Shown: positions 17,650-27,521 of the stretch, piece after piece
How positions within the stretch are numbered: position 1 is the first letter of the stretch
Layout of the letters: each line of letters starts with the position of its first letter
Origin: an uncultured Chitinophagaceae bacterium
Lineage (GTDB): Bacteria > Bacteroidota > Bacteroidia > Chitinophagales > Chitinophagaceae
DNA length: 64,000 bases
Direction of reading: 5' to 3'
Assembly (NCBI GenBank): GCA_963705005.1
Contig: CAVPIO010000001.1
Coordinates: forward strand, 317,752-381,751
The notes under the pieces: model-generated
The model's input: the letters and a program-made list of their open reading frames with translations, nothing else
Database searches by the model: none
Told to the model about the DNA's origin: nothing
Program-made: the position numbers and the translations under genes

Positions 17650-18849
17650 TTACTTATACATCAAATACTTTTTCCTTTTCTTTTTGAACTCCGATAGTGC
17701 AGGCTCCCAGCTTTTCCTGATCGCAGATTCCGGATTGCCGGCGATGATTTGTTTTCGCAGGGAGACCACACCCGCCAGTTTATCAAAATTCCCGATCTGT
17801 TTGCTTTGGGTCGCGTCGAAAAACTTTTCCTTCTCAGGATAAGCACGGTACAATTCTATAAGCCAGTGCAGGTTCAGTTGCCTCGTTTTGCGAAAATTAT
17901 CCGGATCATAATTTCTGAGATCAATCCCGTAGCAAAGGGAATCCCGGTGCAGCGGACTTTCGCTCATTCCGGGTATGCTTTCTGGTTTGAATGAAAAACT
18001 GTATTTCCCTTTAAGCGCCGGAGATCCCAAAACGGTAAAGGGAAAAAGTGTTCCCCTTCCCTGACTAATAACTGTTCCTTCAAACAAACACAAACTGGGA
18101 TATAAAAAAATCGATTGCTGCGAATTAAGGTTTGGAGAGGGGACGACGGGTAAAATATAATTTGAATTATGCGTGTAATTGGCCAATCGGATAATCCGGA
18201 GCATGCAGTGAACATGCCCTTTCAGCCAGCCTTCTCCATTAATCATCTGCGCCAGTTCACCGACGGTCATTCCATACACGATGGGAATGGGTTGCAATCC
18301 CACTCCTGAACGCAACGAATCTTCAAGTACCGGCCCGTCAACATAGAATCCATTCGGATCAGGCCGGTCAAGTATCATTAGCAGTTTATGATTTTCGGCG
18401 CAGGATTGCATTACCTGCTGTAAGGTTATGATATAGGTATAGAACCTGGCACCGACATCCTGGATATCAAAAACAACAATGTCTACATCCTGCAGATCTT
18501 CCCGGGAAGGTTTTGATTTGTGGCCATACAGGGAAATGACAGGAATTCCTGTTTCCGGATCCCGGCTGTCTGAAACCAAAGCACCATTGCTGGCTTTACC
18601 CCGGAAACCATGCTCCGGGCCAAAAACCTTTATAACCTGTATTCCCGCATGAAGGAGGCTGTCCACCGTAGGTGTTCCTGAGATCTCAGAAGTGGGATTG
18701 GCCACGAGCGCCACATGTTTTCCTCTTAGCAAGGGAAAATAGTTGCCGGTTTGATCGGCACCTGTCATGATGTATTTCCGGGTTGGCTGGGCACGACCGC
18801 AAACAGAAATCAAAAAATATAAGGCGCAGAGGCTATATTTCAATTTCAT
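17650..18849 (-). CDS. namZ: DUF1343 family exo-beta-N-acetylmuramidase (NamZ-like)
   Basis: DUF1343 hallmarks are present (VALVANPTS, FGPEHGFRG, VFDIQDVGARFYTY) with a signal peptide. The start was moved to ATG 18847-18849; the ORF-track start is a TTG one codon upstream. Confidence 0.8.
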   Translation of the reverse strand: MKLKYSLCALYFLISVCGRAQPTRKYIMTGADQTGNYFPLLRGKHVALVANPTSEISGTPTVDSLLHAGIQVIKVFGPEHGFRGKASNGALVSDSRDPETGIPVISLYGHKSKPSREDLQDVDIVVFDIQDVGARFYTYIITLQQVMQSCAENHKLLMILDRPDPNGFYVDGPVLEDSLRSGVGLQPIPIVYGMTVGELAQMINGEGWLKGHVHCMLRIIRLANYTHNSNYILPVVPSPNLNSQQSIFLYPSLCLFEGTVISQGRGTLFPFTVLGSPALKGKYSFSFKPESIPGMSESPLHRDSLCYGIDLRNYDPDNFRKTRQLNLHWLIELYRAYPEKEKFFDATQSKQIGNFDKLAGVVSLRKQIIAGNPESAIRKSWEPALSEFKKKRKKYLMYK

Positions 18850-18923
18850 CAAAAGAGTTTTTGATACAGATTACCACATTCCCTCAGACTCCTCTTTCAA
18901 GCTTTCAGCACTATCCATTCCTG

Positions 18924-19697
18924 TCAATCATACAGCTTTTTTGCAACACTTTCAACCAGGCGCTTGGGAAGAAGCCAAATAAAGAAGGCCGTTAATTTGT
19001 TTATTCCGCCGGTAATGACTTCTGCTCTCCGTTTAAAAAGGCTGTCGATTGCAATATGAGCAACAGTTTCCGGGGACATATTAAATCGCGCAGCCGCTTT
19101 CTGGCCTTTTTCCCCAATGTTTGCGCGATCAATAAAATGCGTGTCTGTCGGTCCTGGACAAACACAGGTTACCGATACGCCTGTTCCTTTCAGTTCATGG
19201 AATAGTCCGCGGCTGAAGTTCAATACAAAGGCTTTGGACGCCGCATAAGCTGATAGAAAAGGCACGGCCTGGTATGCAGCCGAACTTGCGATGTTCAGTA
19301 TATAGGAAGCAGGTTGCTTTTTGAGTTCCGGAAGAAAAAGACGCGTGAGCGAAACCAGGGTAATAATATTCAGGTGTAACATTTCTGAATGAGCCCCGGC
19401 AGAATATTTTTCGAAAGCCCCGCTCAAACCGTATCCGGCGTTGTTCACCAGAATACTCACAGGAAAATGATTGCTCTGGCACCATGCGTAAACCGAGGAA
19501 GGGCCCTGTTCCCCTGCGAGGTCAATAGCCAGGTAATGACAGGTGATGCCCGAGCCGGTTGAAATCTCTTCAGAAACGGTTCTCAGCAGATCTTCTGAAC
19601 GGGCCACCAGTAAAAGATCATAACCACGCGAGGCCAGTGCCCGGGCAATGGATTTTCCGATTCCTTTGCTGGCACCCGTGATCAGGGCAAAAGGCAT
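18924..19697 (-). CDS. Short-chain dehydrogenase/reductase (SDR)
   Basis: It has the TGASKGIGKSIA cofactor motif, NNAG and the YAASKAF catalytic motif. Confidence 0.9.
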   Translation of the reverse strand: MPFALITGASKGIGKSIARALASRGYDLLLVARSEDLLRTVSEEISTGSGITCHYLAIDLAGEQGPSSVYAWCQSNHFPVSILVNNAGYGLSGAFEKYSAGAHSEMLHLNIITLVSLTRLFLPELKKQPASYILNIASSAAYQAVPFLSAYAASKAFVLNFSRGLFHELKGTGVSVTCVCPGPTDTHFIDRANIGEKGQKAAARFNMSPETVAHIAIDSLFKRRAEVITGGINKLTAFFIWLLPKRLVESVAKKLYD

Positions 19698-19730
19698 TTG
19701 AAGACAATTTATGAATGGATCAATCGGCAG

Positions 19731-20546
19731 TTAGTTCTGGACCTTGGAAGCAAAACGATGATAAAAAGGAGTTTTGCTGTTTTCATCCTTTGGCATGTAT
19801 TTGCCGGTAATAATGGGAACATACATGACTCTTCTCCTGCTGGCTTCTCCGAGATGGGGGGATTGTTGCGCCCGGTGCCAGATGCGCCCGTCATGTACGG
19901 TAAGATCGCCAGGATTAATGTCGAACCCAAATTCTCTTGCGTCAGGGTTATTGTCAATAAAATATTTCTTTTTGAAGAGCATGCGCAACACGCCCTGCTT
20001 ATGGGTACCGGGCAGAACGCGCAGTCCGCCATTCTCAAATGGGCAGGGATCCAGGTGAATGCCCACATTTAACATCGGCATGATCTTATGGCCAAGAAAG
20101 AGGTCCCTCGGACTGTCTGTATGCCAGCCCATCTGTGAAAAATTGCTTTCGGGGGTTCGAACATAATGATTCAGTATCAAACCGTCCTTCTCATTTTCGG
20201 CAATTCGGCCCTCATATGGCTGAAGTAATACCAGCAGTGCCTGCAGCCTGGGGTCATTCAGGAATTCGTGAAATGTGGGGCTGAAAAGTGACAGAAAGCA
20301 TAAACGCTGAATGATCTTATTACCGTTGTGATCTTTACCAAATTTCAAAGGGACTCCGTTAATCTTCTCTTTGCCTTCTTCAAGCAGTTTTTTTTCAATC
20401 CTGTTGATTTCCTGAATAAAAAACTCAACGGTCTCGGGCTTAAGCACATTGCGGAATACAATCACCCCATTTTTATCAAAAAAGGTTGCTTGCTCCCGGG
20501 TCACTTTATCTCCTAAAACGAAATCAGGGCATAGTAATTTTTTCAT
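19731..20546 (-). CDS. Phytanoyl-CoA dioxygenase (PhyH) family Fe(II)/2-oxoglutarate oxygenase
   Basis: This is a 271-aa ORF with the WHTDSP (HxD) and IWHRA motifs typical of the PhyH family. Confidence 0.8.
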   Translation of the reverse strand: MKKLLCPDFVLGDKVTREQATFFDKNGVIVFRNVLKPETVEFFIQEINRIEKKLLEEGKEKINGVPLKFGKDHNGNKIIQRLCFLSLFSPTFHEFLNDPRLQALLVLLQPYEGRIAENEKDGLILNHYVRTPESNFSQMGWHTDSPRDLFLGHKIMPMLNVGIHLDPCPFENGGLRVLPGTHKQGVLRMLFKKKYFIDNNPDAREFGFDINPGDLTVHDGRIWHRAQQSPHLGEASRRRVMYVPIITGKYMPKDENSKTPFYHRFASKVQN

Positions 20547-20807
20547 ATCATGGTAGCGTTTAAGTCTTTAGCATTCCATACAACTGCTTAAAAACCCTTG
20601 AATTGGACAGGATGAAATTAACTTAAAATAATTATGAAATTTCTATTATTTCCAAAAATAATGAAATAAGACATGTTTCGAACATCTAAAATGGGTCGAT
20701 TTCCCGATAATTTGCGCATGTAGCTATACGTTTTAAACTCCCGGGATAAACGTAGGAACGGATTCATTCGTATTCCAGGGAAAGAGATAACACCTGCGTA
20801 TTAGCAG

Positions 20808-21491
20808 TTAATTGCCAGTTAAAAGCCTCCGTTCTTTCCTGGTTAAAAGCCTTGCGCATAGCCATGCTGCGTAGGTAAATACAGGGGCTGCCAGCACATC
20901 AATGGTATAGTGAACATGCTGCACCAGCAATAATAATCCGATAAGAATAGTCCCCAAACCCGTCAGATATTTATCTATCCTGCCTTTCAGGCAAAAGAAA
21001 ATCAGACAAACAGAAGCCGTATGGCCGGAGAAAAAGAGGTCATGCGTAATATACCTTGATCCATAAAACAGATTCGTGAGCGGATCAGCCAGTGGAATCA
21101 GGCCCGCGGGCGGATTAAGTGAGATCAAAGCAATGCAGGTCATTCTTGCAATTGTAAGCAGGTTATATCCCCAAATGACCACTAAAAAGAGGTCAGCGTC
21201 CGTTCCCAGACGAAAAATAATCAGGAGAGTGCTCGCCCAAATAATCATGAATACGGGGAGGGACATATTGCGCGGACCCAGCCTCTCCAAAATGATATCA
21301 GAAAGAACTGCTCCATTCCGGCCCTGAATAGTATCAAAGAAAAATGGGAAATAAACCAGGATTGCCAGCAGGACCGCCAGCCCGGTTAAGCACTTTATTC
21401 TGTAAGAACGTTGTTGCCAGGCTAATCGCCAACTATTAGGTTTTACCACTTTGAATTTTGTTCGTTGATAGTTGATGGTTGATGGATCCAA
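20808..21491 (-). CDS. PAP2_C / sphingomyelin-synthase-like membrane phosphotransferase (start uncertain)
   Basis: It has six TM segments. SMS D3-like (HDLFFSGHT) and D4-like (HYTIDV) motifs are present. The longest-ORF start is a TTG inside the adjacent repeat arm, so the true start is probably a few codons downstream. Confidence 0.75.
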   Translation of the reverse strand: MDPSTINYQRTKFKVVKPNSWRLAWQQRSYRIKCLTGLAVLLAILVYFPFFFDTIQGRNGAVLSDIILERLGPRNMSLPVFMIIWASTLLIIFRLGTDADLFLVVIWGYNLLTIARMTCIALISLNPPAGLIPLADPLTNLFYGSRYITHDLFFSGHTASVCLIFFCLKGRIDKYLTGLGTILIGLLLLVQHVHYTIDVLAAPVFTYAAWLCARLLTRKERRLLTGN

Positions 21492-21542
21492 GGCGGGAAT
21501 TCACACGTGAAATCCATCAACCATCAACTATCAAGCATCAAC
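21464..21542. repeat. Heptamer-arm inverted repeat, GTTGATR family, copy 2
   Basis: The left arm GTTGATA GTTGATG GTTGATG GAT (21464-21487) pairs with ATC CATCAAC CATCAAC TATCAAG (21512-21535) at 23 of 24 positions. The loop is 24 nt and there is one extra CATCAAC at 21536-21542. Confidence 0.9.
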
Positions 21543-21565
21543 CTTATAAGTCAGCCGTCAACCTT

Positions 21566-23470
21566 TTAATAATGCCATCTCACAAATGCCTCCATCGCTG
21601 CATACTTTGTGAGCCCCAGCTGAGCATAAAGACTGGCCGTATTGGCATTCCTGTCCTCGGCCCTTTGCCAGAATTCGCGGCTGTCGGCACCCTGAAAAGG
21701 AACCATATCTTTCTGCGACTGATGAATGAAAATACCAAACCTCTTTTTCAACACCTGGTCCGGACTCATAGGTATAGCCATTTCGATTTCACTGACATCC
21801 CATTCCTGCCAGGCGCCTTTATATAACCAGACCCAGCAGTCCTTTATCCAGGACTCGCCTGCCGCTTTGAGCCTCCGCAGAGATTCAAAAACAATATCCA
21901 GGCACACTTTATGCGTTCCATGGGGATCAGCCAGGTCCCCTGCACAATAAACCTGATGTGGCTTTATTTTCTTCAACAGGTCAATGGTAATTCTTATGTC
22001 TTCTTCACTCATCGGCTTTTTCTCTATCGTGCCTGTTTCGTAAAAAGGCAGGTTAAGAAAATGGATACCTTCTTCTTTTATTCCTACATAACGACAGGTA
22101 GCGCTGGCCTCCGTACGCCGTATCAGCCCTTTAATTGCCCGGATTTCTGCAGAATCCACGCCTGAGCTTTTTTTGTCTTTCAGATAGCTTTTGGCATCTT
22201 TGAGAATCTGCAGGGAACGCTTATTGTCAATTCCTGAAAGGGACTCAAATCCTACCGCAAAATCAACAAAACGAGTCACAAACTCATCGGTAACAGCAAT
22301 ATTCCCCGAGGTTTGATATCCCACGTGCACTTCATGCCCCTGATCGTGCAAGCGCATAAAAGTTCCTCCCATGGATATGATATCGTCATCGGGATGCGGT
22401 GAAAAGATCAGACATCTTTTAGGATATGGCGACATCCTTTCCGGTGGGTTCGGCAGGGGTTGATTTTTGCCACCTGGCCAGCCCGTGATGCTGTCCCGCA
22501 CCATATAAAAGACTTCCAGGTTGATTTCATAAGCATCCCCCTTAACTGCAAGCAGGTCACTCAGTCCATGGTCATTATAATCTTTGTCAGTCAAACTCAA
22601 AATCGGCTTTTCCAGCCTGAGTGCGGTATTCACCACAGCCTTGCGGATAAATTCCTTTGTCCATTCGCAGTCACCCATCAGCCATGGAGAGGTGAATCGT
22701 GTCAGAAGGGAAGCTGCGGCCTGGTCAGTGACAAACAAGGTTTCATCATGTTGTTGAAGCAGCGATGCCGGAACTTCTTCCGTGGATGAACCTTCGACTG
22801 ACTTTTGAATCACGGGAGCCTTCGAATAGCCCCAGGCCATCAGGATGATCCGCTTACTCTTTAATATCGTACTGATACCCATGGTTACAGAAAGCCTCGG
22901 CACATTCCTGATACTGGGAAAATCTCCTGCATTGGATAGACGCGTTGAATTTTCTAATGGAGTTATACGGGTTTTGGAAAAAAGGCTCGAACCCGGCTCG
23001 TTGAAGCCGATATGTCCATTTATTCCAATACCCAGGATCTGAAGATCAATTCCTCCCGCAGCATCAATCGACCGCTCATATTCCGCACAATATTTTTTCA
23101 TGGCCTCTTTGGGCAGTTGACCATCCGGAACATGGCAATTGGCAGGATCGATATCTATATGATCAAAAAGATTTTTGCGCATGAAGTGGTAATAACTCTG
23201 GGATGCATCCCGGTCGATCGGATAATATTCATCCAGATTGAATGAGGTTACATTCCTGAAGCTCAGGCCTTCTTCTCTGTGCATTCGGACGAGCTCGGCA
23301 TAAAGTTTGAGCGGCGAGGATCCCGTAGAGAGACCGAGTATGCAGGATTCGCCATGCGCCTGTTTTTGTCGTATGAGGGCCGCAATTTCCCGGGCAACAA
23401 ATACAGATCCTTCCTCCGCGTAAGGAAAAATCTCCAGCGGAATTTTTTCAAATGAATCTACCATTTTCAT
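21566..23470 (-). CDS. nagB: Glucosamine-6-phosphate deaminase, long Bacteroidota form fused to a LmbE/PIG-L-like domain
   Basis: The N-terminal NagB motifs are LGLSTGSSP and GIGINGHIGFNEPGS. The C-terminal half has the LmbE-type motif SPHPDDDIISMGG. Confidence 0.9.
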   Translation of the reverse strand: MKMVDSFEKIPLEIFPYAEEGSVFVAREIAALIRQKQAHGESCILGLSTGSSPLKLYAELVRMHREEGLSFRNVTSFNLDEYYPIDRDASQSYYHFMRKNLFDHIDIDPANCHVPDGQLPKEAMKKYCAEYERSIDAAGGIDLQILGIGINGHIGFNEPGSSLFSKTRITPLENSTRLSNAGDFPSIRNVPRLSVTMGISTILKSKRIILMAWGYSKAPVIQKSVEGSSTEEVPASLLQQHDETLFVTDQAAASLLTRFTSPWLMGDCEWTKEFIRKAVVNTALRLEKPILSLTDKDYNDHGLSDLLAVKGDAYEINLEVFYMVRDSITGWPGGKNQPLPNPPERMSPYPKRCLIFSPHPDDDIISMGGTFMRLHDQGHEVHVGYQTSGNIAVTDEFVTRFVDFAVGFESLSGIDNKRSLQILKDAKSYLKDKKSSGVDSAEIRAIKGLIRRTEASATCRYVGIKEEGIHFLNLPFYETGTIEKKPMSEEDIRITIDLLKKIKPHQVYCAGDLADPHGTHKVCLDIVFESLRRLKAAGESWIKDCWVWLYKGAWQEWDVSEIEMAIPMSPDQVLKKRFGIFIHQSQKDMVPFQGADSREFWQRAEDRNANTASLYAQLGLTKYAAMEAFVRWHY

Positions 23471-23533
23471 GTATGCGCAGTTTTAACAAAAAATCCTGCT
23501 GCGAAAATACTCGGTAATTGGTGAAAAGGAGAG

Positions 23534-23593
23534 GAAATTAAAAATTAAAAAGTAAGAAAAGGTTCTTCTTTTTAATTTTTACTTTTTAATTTC
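23534..23593. repeat. Heptamer-arm inverted repeat, KTAAAAA family, copy 1
   Basis: The sequence is GAAATTAAAAATTAAAAAGTAAGAA-aaggttc-TTCTTTTTAATTTTTACTTTTTAATTTC. The stem is about 24 bp with 2 mismatches and one G-T. It overlaps the stop codon of the 235-aa ORF. Confidence 0.85.
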
Positions 23594-24293
23594 TTAAGGC
23601 ATCGTAACAAAGAGAGAGTAATTGCCTGCTTTCAGGAGACATCAGCTGAAGTTTTATTTTGTCCTGAATGCCCTGCATAAGCTGTAAATACCGTTCTTCG
23701 AAATTCCTTCGCTGGCTGAGTTTAGCCACGATAAGGTCAGTGCAAACGTTTCCGCCGCTATGTGTATTTAAAGACCAATTCGGTTTGGCTTCAAAAAAGC
23801 TGTCCATATGTGCAATGGAACTCATCTGATCGCATATGGGAATAAGCTCATATTGGAGCGTTTGTGCCAGCCAGTCCCCGACCATGAACAGGTCACGGTG
23901 GTTGTAAATAGCATAATCCCTGAGCACTTCATTTTGCGGATCATTCGAAGGAAAATCCTTGAGGTGTAACACGATGCTGCAAAGATTCGATTCCTTCTGA
24001 AGTATATCACTCATGAAGGACTCTTTTATGTGGCGGATCTGGGGATGCCAGATTTCAAGCACAAAGCTTACACGATAGTTTACAGGAAACTGGCTCAGAA
24101 AAATAATAGAGAGTTCATCTACACTCTTCTTGTTTTTTCTCCTGTAGGTATAATTCGTCCGGTTGAAACCGAAGTTGGCACGGTCCATTATCGGTCCGGT
24201 CATTTTGTATAAGTAAGACTGGACGTCTTTCAGCCATAGCTCCAGTGGAGAGGGTTGTTTACTTGCGGATTCCATGAATGAAGGTTTTAACAT
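23586..24293 (-). CDS. Hypothetical protein (235 aa), no family recognised
   Basis: The ORF is intact and ATG-initiated. It has no TM segment or signal peptide. Its last codon and TAA lie in the repeat arm. Confidence 0.55.
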   Translation of the reverse strand: MLKPSFMESASKQPSPLELWLKDVQSYLYKMTGPIMDRANFGFNRTNYTYRRKNKKSVDELSIIFLSQFPVNYRVSFVLEIWHPQIRHIKESFMSDILQKESNLCSIVLHLKDFPSNDPQNEVLRDYAIYNHRDLFMVGDWLAQTLQYELIPICDQMSSIAHMDSFFEAKPNWSLNTHSGGNVCTDLIVAKLSQRRNFEERYLQLMQGIQDKIKLQLMSPESRQLLSLCYDALRN

Positions 24294-24441
24294 TCATTAG
24301 CCTGCGGCAATTAATATACAAAATAAATTTCATCATTCAAAGTTTGAAAGATTTTTCGCAAGGTTCTCTGGATCAAATCTTTGAATAAATGGCCAGTTGG
24401 ACCATATGAGCGAGGGGCAGCCGGGATCAGGCTTTTGTCAA

Positions 24442-26334
24442 TTATTTTATAACAGGCAATCCAATGAAGGACGGATGATCCTTATCATGATAAATGCGGA
24501 TTCCTGCTTTTTGAAAATCTGCATCCGAACAGGTATAGATATCGGTAAATTTCTGAGGATTGCGGTCACCCAGCGGAAACCAGCTGCTTTGTATCTGGAT
24601 CATGAGCCGGTGACCTTTTTTGAACGTGTGGGCAATGTCGGGCAGCTCAAATCGAACAGATTCCACGTGACCGGGACGGAATGGTTCAGGCTTCTCAAAG
24701 CTGTTCCTGAATTTGCCGCGGAAGATTTCACCTCTTACGAGCATTTCATATCCGCCCATGGGATAGATTCTCTCTGCTTCCCTGGCGGCATAAATATCAA
24801 TCCGCTGGTAGGAAAGCGTATCAGGAAATACATCAATTACTTTCACTACAAAATCTGCGTCGGTGGTACTTATGCTGGTCCGCAAATCAACTGTAACCGG
24901 CCCTCCAATCGTAAGATCTTCTTCCAGAATGGTCGTTTGATAGGTCAGGACGTCGGGCCTGCGGTGGGCAAAACGCTGGTCATCTGTCATATATTCCCTT
25001 GTCCTGTTAAAATGAACCGCATCTGTATACGGCACCGGATGGGCAGGATCGCTGATGTATTCATCATATCCGGTTGCGGCTGAAGGCGCGCTCCAGGATA
25101 AGCCACCATTTTGTTCCAGATAAAGATTTTCATTTTTTGCTTTTTCCGTTGGCCAATTATCGAAGGTTCTCCATTCATTTTCTCCGGAAAAGAATATCGT
25201 TGCCCTTGCGAGAGCGGGATCGTTTTTCCCCTTGAGAAAATGATTGAAAAAGGGGATTTCAATTTCATTCTGATACCAGATCGCCGTATTGCTTCCAAAA
25301 AAAATATTCCCAAGATGCGAACCATCGCCGGAGCCCCATTGGCCATGATACCATGGTCCGATAACGAGGTGGGCATTGGTCTCCGGACTTTGCGTCCGGA
25401 TGGCCTTATAAAGATTCCAGGCACCATAGCAGTCTTCTGCATCAAACAATCCGCCGGTCACCAGGATTGCCGGCCGGATATTGTACTGTGCAACCCTGGC
25501 GTTCCGGGCTTTCCACCAGGCGTCTTCATTCGGATGCTGGTACAGCTCCCGGAAAAATGCAATGCTGTCGCCGGTAAATTTCAGCAAATTTTTGTCTGCC
25601 CCCTGCCGAAGGTAAAAAGCATAGTTGTCTTTGCTATTGTAAATGTCAGGCATCGCTGTCTCTGTTTTTCGGGGCAGCGGATGAGGCCGGCCGAAACCAC
25701 CTGCTACATAAAAATCAAATGCATCCATGTAAAAGAAAACACCCTTGTGATGAAAGTCGTCGCCCCTGAACCAATCCGTAACGGGAGCCTGCGGGCTAAC
25801 CGCTTTCAAAGCCGGATGCCCTGAAGCTGCAGCCATGCCGGCATAAAATCCTGGATAAGAAACGCCTTTTACACCGACATTTCCATTATTGCCCGGAACG
25901 TTTTTGATGAGCCAGTCAATGGCATCGTATGCATCGCTCGACTCGTCTGTGTCTGCATTTGATTTTTTCTCCCTGATGAAGGGGCGGACATCGACAAATT
26001 TTCCTTCGCTCATCCACCGCCCGCGCACATCCTGGAACACCATGATGTATCCTTCGCGTAAATAATACCGGGCATAGCCTGACCATAGTTTGGCAAATTG
26101 ATCTTCCCCGTACGGAGCGCAGGAATAAGGCGTCCTTTCCATCAGTATAGGATGCTTTTCTGTGCTGTCTATCGGAATATATATGGCAGTAAATAATTTT
26201 ACGCCGTCGCGCATGGTAATGCTGCGTTCCATCTTATAGTAATTTTCACGGAACCAGGCGCTATCCTGGCCTTCGTTCTGACCGAAAGCAAGGCTGGCAG
26301 TTAAAAAAAATCCGGCAAGAAAAAATAATCTCAT
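24442..26334 (-). CDS. CocE/NonD family hydrolase (peptidase S15, X-Pro dipeptidyl-peptidase-like), secreted
   Basis: It has the signal peptide MRLFFLAGFFLTASLAFGQ and the GVSYPG nucleophile elbow. The 630-aa length and C-terminal beta-sandwich are typical of the family. Confidence 0.85.
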   Translation of the reverse strand: MRLFFLAGFFLTASLAFGQNEGQDSAWFRENYYKMERSITMRDGVKLFTAIYIPIDSTEKHPILMERTPYSCAPYGEDQFAKLWSGYARYYLREGYIMVFQDVRGRWMSEGKFVDVRPFIREKKSNADTDESSDAYDAIDWLIKNVPGNNGNVGVKGVSYPGFYAGMAAASGHPALKAVSPQAPVTDWFRGDDFHHKGVFFYMDAFDFYVAGGFGRPHPLPRKTETAMPDIYNSKDNYAFYLRQGADKNLLKFTGDSIAFFRELYQHPNEDAWWKARNARVAQYNIRPAILVTGGLFDAEDCYGAWNLYKAIRTQSPETNAHLVIGPWYHGQWGSGDGSHLGNIFFGSNTAIWYQNEIEIPFFNHFLKGKNDPALARATIFFSGENEWRTFDNWPTEKAKNENLYLEQNGGLSWSAPSAATGYDEYISDPAHPVPYTDAVHFNRTREYMTDDQRFAHRRPDVLTYQTTILEEDLTIGGPVTVDLRTSISTTDADFVVKVIDVFPDTLSYQRIDIYAAREAERIYPMGGYEMLVRGEIFRGKFRNSFEKPEPFRPGHVESVRFELPDIAHTFKKGHRLMIQIQSSWFPLGDRNPQKFTDIYTCSDADFQKAGIRIYHDKDHPSFIGLPVIK

Positions 26335-26386
26335 GAGGGCCTATTTATTGATTAAATATATGAATTAACAGCGCGATATGGTGGTC

Positions 26387-26470
26387 TTAAAAATTAAAAA
26401 ATGGATGATGATAGTGTATCTTGAAGCTATAAAGACTCCATTTTTTAATTTTTAATTTTTAATTTTCAAT
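26387..26470. repeat. Heptamer-arm inverted repeat, KTAAAAA family, copy 2 (in a divergent intergenic region)
   Basis: TTAAAAATTAAAAAATGGA (26387-26405) pairs perfectly with TCCATTTTTTAATTTTTAA (26437-26455) over 19 bp. The loop is 31 nt. The right arm continues with TTTTTAA TTTTCAA. Confidence 0.9.
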
Positions 26471-26499
26471 TGGCTTAAATTGAGAAATAAATAAAACCC

Positions 26500-27519
26500 A
26501 TGTTCAACCGACGCAAATTTTTACATTCCTCCCTGCTTGCTTCCACCGGCTGGATGATGAAAGGCCATCTGCTGTTTACTCCAAAAACACACAGTTCCAC
26601 CAAACCCATTGTTATATCAACCTGGGATTTCGGAAAAGCAGCCAATGCGGGCGCCTGGGAAGTGCTGATTAAGCAGGGCCGTGCGCTTGACGCCGTGGAA
26701 GCCGGCGTGAAAATTCCTGAAGCAGACCCCAACAACCATTTTGTTGGATACGGCGGACTACCCGACCGCGACGGCCATGTTACGCTTGATGCATGCATAA
26801 TGGATGAAAAAAGCAATTGCGGATCGGTCATGTGCCTGGAACATATTGTGCATCCTATTTCCGTAGCCCGCATGGTCATGGAAAAAACACCGCATATCAT
26901 CCTTGTGGGCGAAGGCGCTTTGCAGTTTGCACTGGCAAATGGATTTAAAAAGGAAAACCTGCTTACACCGGAAAGTGAAAAAATGTGGAAGGACTGGCTT
27001 AAAACATCTAACTACCAACCGGTGATCAACATAGAAAATAAAAGCAGCGCTTCATTAAATGCGGTCACCGTGCCCGGCGGCCCATTTAATCATGATACGA
27101 TTGGCATGCTCGCGCTGGATTCGTCCGGGAATATGAGTGGTGCCTGCACCACCAGCGGGCTTGCATATAAAATGCATGGCAGGGTAGGAGATTCTCCTGT
27201 TATTGGAGCAGGGTTGTTTGTAGATAATGAAGTTGGGTCAGCTACGTCCACCGGCGTGGGAGAGGAAGTGATCCGCATTACCGGATCCCATCTCGTCGTG
27301 GAATTCATGCGACAGGGAGCAGCTCCTGGTGAAGCCTGCAAAAAAGCAGTTGAAAGGATTGTAAAAAGAGATCCGGAAAAAGCAAAGGGTTTGCAGGTCG
27401 GGTTTTTAGCCCTGAGGAATGACGGCAGCTATGGCGCATTCTGCATACAGAAAGGATTTACTTATGCCGTGCGCACCGGCACAGAAGACAAAATTTATGA
27501 ATCGGAAAGCTGGTTTTGA
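26500..27519 (+). CDS. N4-(beta-N-acetylglucosaminyl)-L-asparaginase (glycosylasparaginase, Ntn hydrolase)
   Basis: It has the autoprocessing site HDTIGMLALD, GAGLFVDNEVGSATSTGVGEEV and a Tat/Sec-like N-terminus. Confidence 0.85.
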   Translation: MFNRRKFLHSSLLASTGWMMKGHLLFTPKTHSSTKPIVISTWDFGKAANAGAWEVLIKQGRALDAVEAGVKIPEADPNNHFVGYGGLPDRDGHVTLDACIMDEKSNCGSVMCLEHIVHPISVARMVMEKTPHIILVGEGALQFALANGFKKENLLTPESEKMWKDWLKTSNYQPVINIENKSSASLNAVTVPGGPFNHDTIGMLALDSSGNMSGACTTSGLAYKMHGRVGDSPVIGAGLFVDNEVGSATSTGVGEEVIRITGSHLVVEFMRQGAAPGEACKKAVERIVKRDPEKAKGLQVGFLALRNDGSYGAFCIQKGFTYAVRTGTEDKIYESESWF

Positions 27520-27521
27520 TC

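Noticed and set aside
21500-21511. Short palindrome (contains CACGTG) in the loop of repeat copy 2 as a nested hairpin
   Set aside because: The potential stem TTCAC/GTGAA would have only a 2-nt loop, so it is not a credible RNA hairpin. I kept only the clearer nested hairpin in copy 3 (52600-52613).
24397-25824. 228-aa and 237-aa plus-strand ORFs (24397-25083 and 25111-25824)
   Set aside because: Both lie entirely antisense within the CocE/NonD hydrolase gene. Their composition is typical of shadow ORFs.
26475-26900. 141-aa minus-strand ORF
   Set aside because: It is antisense to the glycosylasparaginase gene and starts inside the repeat region.
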